Program-made: the position numbers and the translations under genes | Assembly: GCA_021613535.1 (NCBI GenBank) | Contig: CP075496.1 | Span: 13,578,001-13,642,000 of the forward strand | Source of the DNA: Adineta vaga | Taxonomy: Eukaryota > Animalia > Rotifera | Length of the DNA stretch: 64,000 nt | Direction of reading: 5' to 3' | The notes under the pieces: generated by a model | Told to the model about the DNA's origin: nothing | The model's input: the letters and a program-made list of their open reading frames with translations, nothing else | Database searches by the model: none | Shown: piece after piece, positions 1-11,804 of the stretch | How positions within the stretch are numbered: position 1 is the first letter of the stretch | Layout of the letters: the number at the start of each line of letters is the position of its first letter

Positions 1-45
1 CGAAGAGTAAGTTGTTTAATCACAGAATTTAAATAATTCATTCTG

Positions 46-81
46 ATTGGTTGCTGAGCTTGTATGAGTAATGAAACCAAT
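46..81. promoter_or_regulatory. Pair of oppositely oriented CCAAT (NF-Y) boxes upstream of PSMD5
   Basis: ATTGG at 46-50 (ctgattggt) and CCAAT at 77-81, 31 bp apart, about 200 nt upstream of the PSMD5 ATG. Confidence 0.4.
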
Positions 82-281
82 GGTTGAAGCTAAAAAATTG
101 AAAAATATATCGAGTTTGTTTTGAAATTATTATCAGAAGGAAAATATCCGTCATAATGTTATTTTTTTTTCTCTCTTAATCAAGTAAAACAAATTGTCAA
201 TACTCGTTGTCTTATCTTAGTTATGCATTAAGATTCTTGTTTTATTTAATCTTTAAATGATCATCATACCTCTATTTTTAG

Positions 282-2032
282 ATGCAAAATAGTAATCTTC
301 TTCGTCTTTTCGAAGATCTTTTAATAACTACAACAGATACTCAACGTATCGAATTGCTCGAACGTATTCATATTGAATTGTCAAGTATAACTTCATCGAT
401 TCAATTTGAACAAGTTTATCAACATATTCCATGGACTTTTCTATTCGATCTCTTTCGATCAAATAAAAACGATGAAGTCGAACGTCTTCTATGTTCAATA
501 AGCGAATATTTCGTAAATAATCTATCAATTGAACAAATAATGACGAATTTCTATCCATTATTAAATACTGGTTTAGACCAACAAAGCGAATTTTCTTATC
601 GTGTTAAACTTCTTTGTTTGAAAGCATTTGCAAAATTAAGTCATTGTTCAAAATCCGAATGCTTTTATGTTATACAAAATCTCTTTCAACATTCTCATAT
701 TCGTTCATTACTTCATCTGTTTCTCGATAGTGATCAACAAACTTTATGGTTAAAATCAAAAGAAATTCTTGAACAAATGATTCAAACAGTCACTCGTATT
801 GATAATATAGAAGTATTTCATAAATATTTACGGGAAGAATATTTTCATGAAGAAAATCGACAAATTTTACTTTCATCAAAACAACGAAATGAAATTGTTA
901 AACTTCGTCTATATGAATATTTAATTGATTTATGTTTGATTGATTCAAGAATTTATCAACATATAACAGAAGAACAACATTTACTTGATGAATTCTTATA
1001 TGATTGTACACATAGTGATAATGATATGTTATATTTAATGAATTGTTTAGAATTATTAACAGCATTAACACAAAAATCACATACTCTAATGTATTTACAA
1101 AATAAAACTAATGTTATTGAACATTATTTACAATTGTTATTAACATCAAATGATGAAAATAGTTTATATGAATTAGTCAAACCAGGTTTTATTAAATTTT
1201 TCGGTTGTTATTTACGTAATTATCTTGTATTGATTCAAACGAATTCATCAAATAATCAATTATTTGAACGATTCTTACCATTTCTATTAGATCTACTTAT
1301 TCAATCTGATAACAATGCTTATATTGCCATTGGTTTAGGTAAAACTAATACATTTTCTATTTCTCATCTTGTCTTTCCTCTCTCTATGTTAGATACAATT
1401 GGTTTTATTGGTAAAACACTTCATGGAAAAGAATATATGTTATCCATAGCAAAATTCGGTGATTTTATTGAAAAATTAATTCAAATAATACGTTCAGCAC
1501 AATCAGATTTTCGGTTAACTATTCATCATGAACGAATCATTCTAAAATTTGACATTTTTTCTTCTTGTATTTCAGTCTTCGTTCACTTGCTTGTCTTGCT
1601 GATCTATTCTATATATCATCAAATGATCGAACATCAACAAATATTTCAAATCTTACTGAACAAATCTATCGTTTATGTAATCGAGTATTTTCAATTTTAC
1701 CAATTTTAATTCAAATAGCGAAACAACCATTTGTCGATCTACGTTTGGCTGCTTATCGTTGTTTACTTGAATTAACACGATCATCATGGGCATTAAATGC
1801 AATGAATAATGAACCCGGTTTTATTGAATTTCTCCTCAATCGTTCGACAGAAAAGGATAAAGAAGGAAAAGAAACGAAATATGCAATAATTCATTCAATG
1901 TGTGAAAATAGTGAAGAAGCGAAACTAGCTTTCGGAAATGTTAATTTCCTTAAACTGAGACGTTATCTTAATGAAGGAGCTTTTTATGTTGAACCAGAAG
2001 CAAATGTTGCTTTCGATGGATCAAATGAATAG
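282..2032 (+). CDS. PSMD5: 26S proteasome non-ATPase regulatory subunit 5 (S5b assembly chaperone), 3 exons
   Basis: Helical ARM/HEAT-like protein. C-terminus QPFVDLRLAAY...PGFIEFLLNRSTE...LRRYLNEGAFYV is typical of PSMD5. Introns 1339-1392 (in frame, 54 nt) and 1514-1575 join ORFs 282..1709 and 1565..2032. Confidence 0.85.
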
Positions 2033-2095
2033 TTTTTTTTTGTCATTAAAATACAAACGTCAAATAAAGGTTTTATGTTTTTATTCTAGATTAAT

Positions 2096-3852
2096 ATGAC
2101 TAGCATTGCCGAACAACTTCAACAAGCTGTGAACAAAGGTCTTTCACATAAAGAACTTATTGATAAGTGAGTTAAATCTTGAGACAAAAAAAAAGTCAAC
2201 ATATAATTGATTCGTTCATAATTTAGATTTAAATCAATTCTTGATGAAATTACTCAAGATTTTAAAGAACCTCAAACAATTGATCATTTAAAGAAATTTC
2301 TTGATGCTGGTTTGTTTGATTTCTTTGCTATTTATTTAATTTTCTTCATTTGTTTTTCTATTAGTCGTTGACGATAAAATCGTTCTTGTTGCATCTCGTC
2401 AGCTATTAACAGATGTATGTACATCATATTTAAATCGTTTACCATCCGAACAAGCGAAAGAAGTCGCGTTATATGCTCTCGATCGAATAGCTGCACGAGC
2501 AATATCATTTGAAGATCAAGTTGGTCATTATCGAACTTTTCTTGCTGATATTTATGAACGTGAAGAAAATTGGCGTGAAGCAGCGAAAGTTCTTTGCGGT
2601 GCACCATTAGAATCAGCTCAAAAGTAGAAAGAAGATATTCAAACGATATTTCTTAATGTTTTTTTCTTTCAGACCTTTATCATCAGATTATAAATTGAAA
2701 ACATATTTACGTATTGCACGACTTTATCTCGAAGATGATGATCCAGTTCAAGCAGAAGTTTTCATTAATCGAGCATCATTATTACAAAATGATACCAAAG
2801 ATGAAGAACTACAAATTCTCTATCGAGTATGTTCATCAAAAAGAAAAGACGAGAAAATATCAAGAAAAGTCTTTTCATTTAGGCTTGCTATGCTCGTATT
2901 CTTGATTATAAACGTAAATTTGTCGAAGCTGCACAACGTTATAATGAATTGTCTTTGAAATCAGTTATCAGTGGTGAAGAACGTATGAGAGCTTTAGATA
3001 ATGCATTAATTTGTGCGATTCTGGCACCGGCTGGTCCACATCGATCGAGAATGTTAGGAACATTATTTAAAGATGAACGATCACAACGATCACCCGCTTA
3101 TTCCATGTTAAATAAAATGTATAAAAAACGAATATTTCTTTTCCAAATCAATCTTTTAATTTGTCTCATATTTTAGGTATTTAGATCGAATTATAAGTCC
3201 ACATGATGCGAAACAATTTGAAAGTCTTCTTTCGGAACATCAAAAAGCAACAACATCAGATGGTAAAGAATAATTAATTGTGAAAAGAAGAAGGAAAATG
3301 TTTTTTTTTGTCTTCTTTAGGTTATACAATTCTTCAACGTGCTGTTATTGAACATAATCTTGTTGCTGTTAGTAAAATCTACACGAATATTACATTCGCT
3401 GAATTAGGTGGTTTATTGGGTATTCCAAGTGAAAAAGTAACGTCAATAGCAATGAAAAAGTTTTCTTTTTTTGAAAAAGAAAAAGGTTTCTTTTAGTCAG
3501 AGAAGATCGCATCACAAATGATATCGGAAGGACGTTTGAGCGGTTTTGTTGATCAAATTGAATCTGTTCTACATTTTCAAGGTAGAATCAAGATGATTTT
3601 ATATGACGATGAAAAAAACGAAAGTTTTATCTTTTAGCAAGTGAACAACTTGCTCAATGGGATCGTCGAATTGAATCTTTCTGTGTTCAAGTTAATCAAC
3701 TTCTCGATAAAATTCAAGCTGTTCATCCTGAATGGTGTCAAAAAACTATGTCCACCATAGAAGCAAAAATCAATGCAGCAACGAATGATGAACATGATGC
3801 ACAAATGACTGAAACAACAAGTACAACTGTTAAATCAATGGATATTTCTTAA
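2096..3852 (+). CDS. COPS4: COP9 signalosome subunit 4, multi-exon
   Basis: Spliced translation [10 protein letters not shown]...RAISFEDQV...[25 protein letters not shown]...[20 protein letters not shown]...[12 protein letters not shown]...[15 protein letters not shown] (PCI domain). Stop TAA at 3850-3852. Confidence 0.95.
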
Positions 3853-4510
3853 TTCTTCGTATTCTTTTATTCATGACTGGTCCATATTTCATTTTTTGTG
3901 TTTCTTTTTCTCCTTCTTCTTTTTTCTTTTATTTTATATGAAAATCTAGAGACGATAAAAGAAGCAAGAAAAAAAATAGCAAACAAACTGATACATGCAT
4001 ATATATATATATATACAGACTCATAAGAATGAGTTATTTATGATGAATACTTTGAGTATATGTCAGAAGAATATTTCAATTGAAAAGCCATCTTGATCTA
4101 CACGAAAGTTTCGTTCCTTGTAACATTGAAAATCATTGCAAATTAATGAGTACATTCATTCATTTATCACCAAACGCCTATGAATAAGCACTAATAGTAG
4201 GACTAACAATTTCGTAAGGGCTTTTTTCCCTTCTTTTTCTCTTCTTTTTCTTCCATTCTACTTACATTTTCGTTCTGTGTGAGTCGTATTTTTTTTTTCG
4301 ACGACCACCTTCTTCATTTCTTCTTGTAGTTGGTGCGTCAGTTTAGTTTCATAATATACAGAGAAAGAGAACTATGTTTTTCTATTTGTCGTCGTTTGAA
4401 GACGAAGAACAACGGCAAGATTGAACTTTTGTCCGATTTGACTTTTTTTTTTCTATTGCTCGTTTGAATCTATGTGTATGTGAATACAATAGAACTAATC
4501 CATATAAAAC

Positions 4511-7500
4511 ATGGAGGAAAAAAACGGAGACAACGAAGAAAGAAGAGACAGTGAACAATTGACAATAAGGCAAAATAAAAGTTACCATCGTCGACCATTG
4601 TCAAATCGTACGAGTGACAACTATCAAGTAAATTTTTCAGTCCTTTTTTTCTTTTGATTCTTTATATTTATATTTTCGTAAACTAAGAACAATAAAAGCA
4701 ATCGACGTAGTGTAACTGTATCTGTTATTGATGATGGACCTCGTTCTCGACCTGTAAGTCGTCGTTCTGAATATATTCCATCATCAATGCGATCATCAAC
4801 ATCTACGCAATATATTTCTAATCCTTTTACAAACGAACAACAACAAAAACCAACAACTAATGATGAAGAAACATCTACATATTCTTTTCGACATGTAACT
4901 AAAAAATTGCAACATGCAAAATCACATGGTGAACTTTATCAACCTCATCTTCCATTACCACTTCCACCGATGACAAAACTTCCCAATGATGAAAATGAAA
5001 TCAAATATCGAATAAAACATTCATCGAATTCTCCTCAAACATTATCATCTACACGATCACGATCAGCAACAACAACAGCAACAATCGTACCAATTCTAAC
5101 ACGTCCAATAATAAATTCTTCGGATGAAACCTTTAGTTCTTCCTCATCCTCAACAAATAAAATTCCTCTATGGAAACGTTTTAAACAAATGATTGTTCCA
5201 ACGAAACGTCATAAAGATCAACAACAAAATCAATCAAATAAACTTTCGTCGATGCAATCGAATGAATCATCAACAAGTGAAAGAAGTAAGTTTTATGTTT
5301 AACCTTCGATCAAGGGATATACGTGTCATAGACACACCTAAACATGAAAAGATAAGAATGAATAATAAATAACATTATTTCTACTCTTTCAACGGAAAAA
5401 GAAAGAAAGATGTCATAGTAATTCGTCTATATAATAAATCATCTGTTTTTTCTAGACCGAACAGTTATCGATAGTAGTGTGACAAATAATAATCATCTTA
5501 AAAATCCAATAAAAATCAATGAATTACGATCATGGTTTATGTCAAAATCATTTCCTGAACAACGTCTTCGTGAAGAATATGAAGTAAATTTTCTTTGTAT
5601 TCTTCTTCTTCTTCTTCTAATTCTTTTCTTCTTAGAAATTACCAACCGAATCCCTTTATCCAAAAACTTTAGCATTTCGACCTGAAAATAAATCAAAGAA
5701 TCGTTTCAATGCTATTGAACCTTGTACGTATTTTCTCTCCTCATGTACTCATCAATACCTTTTTCTTTCTCTTCTCTTTCAGATGATCATTCACGAGTTA
5801 TCCTTAGACCTTTAATTAGTGATCCATCAAGTGATTATATCAATGCATCATATATCGATGGATATCGCGCAAGCAAACTATACATAGCTGCTCAAGGTTC
5901 GTTGATTTTTTTTCTTTCATATCTTTTTCTCTGTCGTCTTCAGACATCCTCGTTTGCATTCATCCAAGTACATAACATTAGATCAGAGTGTATTATCTCA
6001 CCTAGACTCTCTTGAAGGTTACTTAGATTGATTGTATCAATTCATAACATTCAAATGTCGTTGAGTATCATAGGGAAATGATTAGTATATTGAAAAACAA
6101 TTAGAATCACCTTGTATACTCTGATAGTTCTATGTTTATCATAGATATGCATGACATTCAATGAAAACCTTGACCCTTTCTGTAGATTGATGATCTTTGA
6201 GAAGAACGTTTTGAATTTAAATTTCCAATTTCTTTAGCACCAACTGAAACAACCTTACATGATTTTATTCGTATGATTTGGCAATTACGTATTCAATCAA
6301 TTATAATGGTAACACGTTTATTTGAAGATGGAAAAGTAATGTAAATAGTTGAGATCTTTATGTAAATATACATTCATATTTCTTCTTTAGCATAAATGTA
6401 TACAATACTGGCCTGATGAGGGTGAAAAACGCATCAATGATTTTCGAATTCGTCTTGATAATGAAGAAAAATATGCTGATTACACAATACGAAAATTTCT
6501 TATATTTAATCAATCTGAGGTATTTCATTTTGTCAATAGAGCTTATACTCTAAAGAATGTCTCTCTTGATCTATTTACTTTAGTCAACAGATGCATTAAT
6601 AGTTAAACAGTATCATTTCTTATCATGGCCAGGTAAAGAAGTAATTTTATTCTTTGTTTTATTGTTTTTAACAACGATTCTTTTGGAATATATTAGATCA
6701 TGGATGTTTATCATTATCGACACCTTTGTTGGATTTTCGGCAGCGTTTTCGTGCGGATTATAAATCATCAAATCCAATACTTGTTCATTGCAGGTTAGAA
6801 TTCTTGCATCTCGTTGTCTTTGTCTTAGTTTTATCTTGGGACTAGTGCGGGTGTTGGTCGATCAGGAACATTCATTGCGCTTGATGCACTATTAGAACAA
6901 GCAGAACATCAAGATACACTTGATATTTTAGAATTTACTCATCGAATGAGGTAAATATGATAATTAAAAAAACACAGGAAACGAATCTTTTTTTTTTTGT
7001 TGTAGACAAAATCGCGTGTATATGATACAAACAGTTGAACAATATGTATTTCTTTATCGAACAATTATTGAAGGAATTGTAACGATGGATACCAATGTTT
7101 CATTATCAGAATATACGATGACAAAAAAATTACGAATGGATACGAAAAATCAATATAAAGTAAAAATAGAATACATCAACAGATGTTCGAATAGATTTTT
7201 AAGTTTTGTTTTTTACTTCTAGCTTTTAGAGCAATTACAATCGAATATTGAATATTCCTATCGTGGTGCACTTGAACCTGCAAATATCAATAAAAATCGT
7301 AATGAAACAATCCTTGCTCGTGAGTAATAATACAAGATTTAGTTAGAATGATATTGAAAAATATATATTTACTTTTAGCTGATCATAATCGACCATATTT
7401 AATGACACAAGTTGATAAAACAACAGATTATATCAATGCTATCTTTGTTAATGTAAGTTTTATTTCCATTCTTTATCGAAATCATTGAACTAATTGTTCG

Positions 7501-8778
7501 GATACTTCAAACGAAAAGGAATACATTTCGATCATATTAAATTTCATCTTAGAAGGATATATTGTAAAAATAACAGACAGTGTATATCGATTACATTTAA
7601 TCTGTTACTATTTCTTCTATTTGATGAAGTTTCATGTTCATTGAATGAAATTTTCCAAGTGAATCTAGTCTGAAATGAATACATTCGTTTGTATTACAAA
7701 TAGGAATCTCAATTGCAAAAAGTTATCCTTAGAATTGATGATCACATCTGTGACAATCATTATTCTTTTATGTAAATTGTGTACTATTGCACTCTCAGAA
7801 ATCAAAGTTTCGAAAATAGAAAGATTATAAATCTTCATTCAATGAATCGATCTGATATTTTTGTATTTTAATAGTCATATCGACAAATTCCTAGTTATAT
7901 TATAACACAATTTCCACTTCCACATACATGTATCGATTTTTGGCGCTTAGTCTATGATCATAATGTATCGATTGTTATGTTATTGGAATCAATATCACGT
8001 GATTCGGTAAGGAATAGAAGCGTCGTATATTATATGGAAATAATTTTTGTTTCTACATGCTTTAGAAAACAGTTTATTATTGGCCAACAAATGTGGGACA
8101 AGCAATACTTTTTGGACCCTTTGAAATTGTTTTAACATCACAAAAAGAAGATGAACAATTGATTGAACGAGTTTTTGAACTAAAATGTGTCAATAAAAAT
8201 CTATTTGTATGTTTTGGAAGTTTATAAATTATTTCTTATTTCATCTTTCTTCTATTAGACAAATGATCGCATACGAAATATACGTCAATTTCAAGTAAAA
8301 GATCATTCCTATTTATTGATTATTGCCAAACGATTTTTAAAAGAAATGCGAACATATACTGAACAAAATGTTATTTTACAATGTTTGTAAGTTTCATCTC
8401 TTCTTTATGTTTATATGAAACAATATCTTCAATATAGAAATGGTACAACATGGTCAGGCTATTTTGCAGCTCTATGTAATTCAATTGATAAAATGCAAAC
8501 TGAACAACTTATCGATCCATTTAAAGTTGTTCGTCTTCTTCGTTCGATTCGACCACAATTTATCGATCAAGTTCGTTTTTTTTCAATAAACAAATCTCCT
8601 TATTATGATTCTTCATTTTCTTTAGGATCAATATGAAAATTTATTATTATCAATGCGTGATTATATTCAACAATATTTAGGTCCAACAACACGTACAACA
8701 GATAATAATTCCTTCTATACAAATACATCTGATCAAGATCAAACATCTATATCAAATCGAGCTATACAACGATTATAA
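4511..8778 (+). CDS. Protein tyrosine phosphatase with tandem D1/D2 domains (receptor-PTP-like catalytic region, no ectodomain or TM seen)
   Basis: D1 has [46 protein letters not shown] and MIQTVEQY. D2 has [16 protein letters not shown] and a degenerate QCLNGTTWSG. First exon 4511-4627 splices in frame to ORF 4787..5302. Confidence 0.88.
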
Positions 8779-9040
8779 CATTTTCTTTTTCATTATGCGA
8801 AATACACTCGGTGATATTGTTTTGTGTTTTTTTTTTCAAATCAGAATAAAAATCTATGAAATAATAATATATCTTAGTCGATGTTGTTCATATAACAAAG
8901 AAGAAATATGTTCACAAAAACTTTAATATTGATTAATAGTTTTCATATACAAGTGAATAAGTAAAAGTTCGAATTTTCGAGCGAGAGAGAGAGAGAAAAA
9001 AAGAAAAATAGTTAATTAGAGAAACTTTTCTTTTTATTAT

Positions 9041-9577
9041 TTAAAACACACCATTACGACGATAAAATGATTCTTCAACAATTTTTCCTCGAGCATGCGT
9101 TGGTGCTTTAAATTGTTGTCCACTTTCGCCTAATTTCCATCCATATTCCATTGTATTTGATACAGGATATTGATATTTATTTTCAGGTGGAATGACTTTA
9201 CGAAGATTCAAATATTTATAACGACCTTTTTCTTCTTTAGAAAAACCATCGAATAAAACATCTTGATGATGTTTATCAGCTGGATACATTTCTTTTAATG
9301 CATTTGGATTATGTTCTAAATCGAGTTTTTTTGCTAATGCTTCTAATGTATCATCAGGATCATAACGCGGTTTAGGTCGTGGTGGAAAGACGATGGAAGG
9401 TAAAGAACGTCCAACAGGTTTTTCTGTAGCTTGTGTATAAAATCCACGTTTAAACCATTCATCATCATTTGGATTTGGTTTAAATGTTCGATGCCAAGAT
9501 ACACGTGTCATCGCTTCTTTTTCAATCAATTCTTTCCACGCATTTTGCGTGCGAGTATCAAAAGCCATACGCGTCAT
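9041..9577 (-). CDS. SPMIP1: Microtubule inner protein SPMIP1/ATP6V1FNB-like, single coding exon
   Basis: DTRTQNAWKELIEKE...W; EMYP...LFDGFSKEEKGRYKYL..R...PENKYQYPVS...YGW; C-terminal ESFYRRNGVF. Matches my recollection of the ATP6V1FNB family. Confidence 0.7.
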   Translation of the reverse strand: MTRMAFDTRTQNAWKELIEKEAMTRVSWHRTFKPNPNDDEWFKRGFYTQATEKPVGRSLPSIVFPPRPKPRYDPDDTLEALAKKLDLEHNPNALKEMYPADKHHQDVLFDGFSKEEKGRYKYLNLRKVIPPENKYQYPVSNTMEYGWKLGESGQQFKAPTHARGKIVEESFYRRNGVF

Positions 9578-9749
9578 TGTGATAAGTTATTGAAAAAAGA
9601 AGATAATTTGAATCTAGAAAGAAAATCAACGACGATCTTTAACTGTTACAAAATAAAAAAGGAGAAAATGAGAAAAATGATCTGTACGTTTTCATTTCAT
9701 TTTTACTTGAAGGCGAATGAAAGAAAGTAAAGTGTGGCACAACAGAACA

Positions 9750-9764
9750 GTCAACCATGGTAAC
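9750..9764 (-). promoter_or_regulatory. RFX X-box-like element upstream of the SPMIP1-like gene
   Basis: Minus strand GTTACCATGGTTGAC (one perfect GTTACC-ATGG half-site, one degenerate half), about 175 nt upstream of the ATG of a ciliary-type gene. Confidence 0.45.
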
Positions 9765-11029
9765 GAAGGATGCTGTGGCATGGTTTAATCGAAGGAAGGA
9801 CGCAACAATAGTCTGTTTAAGAAGAGAAAATGAAGGAAAAAAAAGAAAATTGCTTGATGTTGTCTACCGATGAATACCAAAAACAACATCGGCAAGAAAA
9901 TTCTTTGTAAAGAACGAAAGAATTTTCACAAAGAATAGAAAAAAAAGAAATGAACACTTTCTTTTTCTCTTTTTATTTACATTTACAGATAAAATGGAAC
10001 AAATATGATTATCAATAATAGAATTAAAGATTTGTTTTTTTTAATAATCTTTTCAATCGAAAAGAGAAAGAAAAAATACTCGTGATTGTTTTTCATCTAA
10101 CGTATATTAAATTGAGTTTGATCTTAAGATAAATCATTTGATTTTCAATATATCATTACATCATCATCATATTAGCCATATTTCAATGTGAACAAGTTAT
10201 TCACACCTACATCAAAGTTGACAACTTCATTTCGTTTTCTTTTTTTGCCTTGAATATTATTTAACATTCATCATAATTCCTTCTCTCAGCTTCATCATTC
10301 TTACGTTTATTCAACGAAAAAAGAAAAAGAAAGCTGTCGCACATACATATACATCGATGTTCAATGTTATTGTTGATAAGTTGTTATATATCGAAGACAT
10401 TATTGCAGCTGTTCGTTTGCTGATTGCATCATCATAACAACGAAATAATGTTGCTCTTTTTAATTGTTATCTTCTCACAAACATAATTACACATTCTTCT
10501 TCATATTTATTTATGGAAAAATTAAAAATTTTCCATTGTATCTATGTGATTCTTTTTCGAGGTCAAGAGTGACACATTTCAATTTGACTATATCGCTTGG
10601 GACTTCCGTTAAACTGTTCGAAACACTTGACTAACACCGGTGAAAAGACAATATTTTAAATTTATGTATGTTATAACACTCGGACACGTGGTACTTCGCA
10701 TATTATAGACATATTTCGTTTGATTGCATAATTAATTTACGGAAGAAAGAGAATAGACATGAGAAAATCAAGAGAAAGAGAGTAAGAGAGAGAAAATATT
10801 ATACAGAGAAGAGAAGAGAGAGAAGTGTCAATCTCAATTAGATAGTTGAGTCGCACATTCACTGATTCACCACACATCATCATACGCTCAATTTCATCGA
10901 CACGCCTTCTTCACCGAAAAGACATTCATAGAAGTGTAAGATAATTTTCCTCAATAACTTAATACAGTATATTTATTGGACTTATTTGAAATCAATTCGA
11001 ATTCATTTTGTATTTAGATCTTATTTCGA

Positions 11030-11377
11030 ATGGCTCAATCACAAGGTTATAAAAGATTTCGTTCATCAATCAATACTATTTATAATGGTACAAGTACACC
11101 TCAAACTCCAAATAATAAAATATTTCCTCGAGCTTCAACACCAAATCCTCATCGAAAAGATGAAATTCTAGAACAAACTATTCCAATTGTTCGTATTTCA
11201 CATTCGAAAATAACTGGTCATCAAAAAAGACATAAAAAACCACGTCAACATCGTCGTTCTCATAATCCATATCGAATTCATATTGATCATATTATTCTCA
11301 TTCAACAACAACAAAAATCTTGTTCACATTGTCATTGTAAAAAAAGCAAATCTCAACAAATCTTAGGTATTCTCTAA
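11030..11377 (+). CDS. Small basic His-rich orphan protein (115 aa)
   Basis: Codon usage like neighbouring genes. Plausible 5'UTR intron ~10936-11018 (gtaaga...tttag) and AATAAA at ~11452. No recognisable domain. Confidence 0.55.
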   Translation: MAQSQGYKRFRSSINTIYNGTSTPQTPNNKIFPRASTPNPHRKDEILEQTIPIVRISHSKITGHQKRHKKPRQHRRSHNPYRIHIDHIILIQQQQKSCSHCHCKKSKSQQILGIL

Positions 11378-11804
11378 AAACTGATCTAGTCTTTTTTGTT
11401 TTCTTTCATAACTCATATAGAAATCTAATGTTTGTTTCTGTTTTAATTTTCAATAAATAAATCTGGAAAATCACTTGTTTTCTTTTGTTTTATATATTTT
11501 TTTTTGATTGGCAATGAAAAAACAACAGTGAGTAACATAAAAAGGAATTAATAACAACCAGATAAGGCACCGGTCACATGAAGCAAGAAATCTTATCGAA
11601 ATAGAAGAAATTCTAATGTATATACGTATATATATATATATATATATCGAGATAAATGATTACAACTACGTAGAAAAGAAACAGACGAGAAGTATTATAC
11701 AAGAGGATTTCGTGAGGAATTTAAATTATCTTGAAAGAGCCAATAGAGACTAACAAGACTTTCACGTGTGAGTTCTCCTGATGTTGTTATTGATGTTAAT
11801 GGTG

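Noticed and set aside
282-1709. 475-aa single ORF overlapping a 155-aa ORF
   Set aside because: Read-through of a 54-nt in-frame intron and a 62-nt intron. Both ORFs are parts of PSMD5, not overlapping genes.
5897-7874. Longer PTP introns (~340 and ~420 nt) as possible MITE insertions
   Set aside because: No terminal inverted repeats or target-site duplications could be identified by eye
10599-10607. GGGACTTCC kappaB-like site upstream of the orphan ORF
   Set aside because: A single 9-mer with no supporting context
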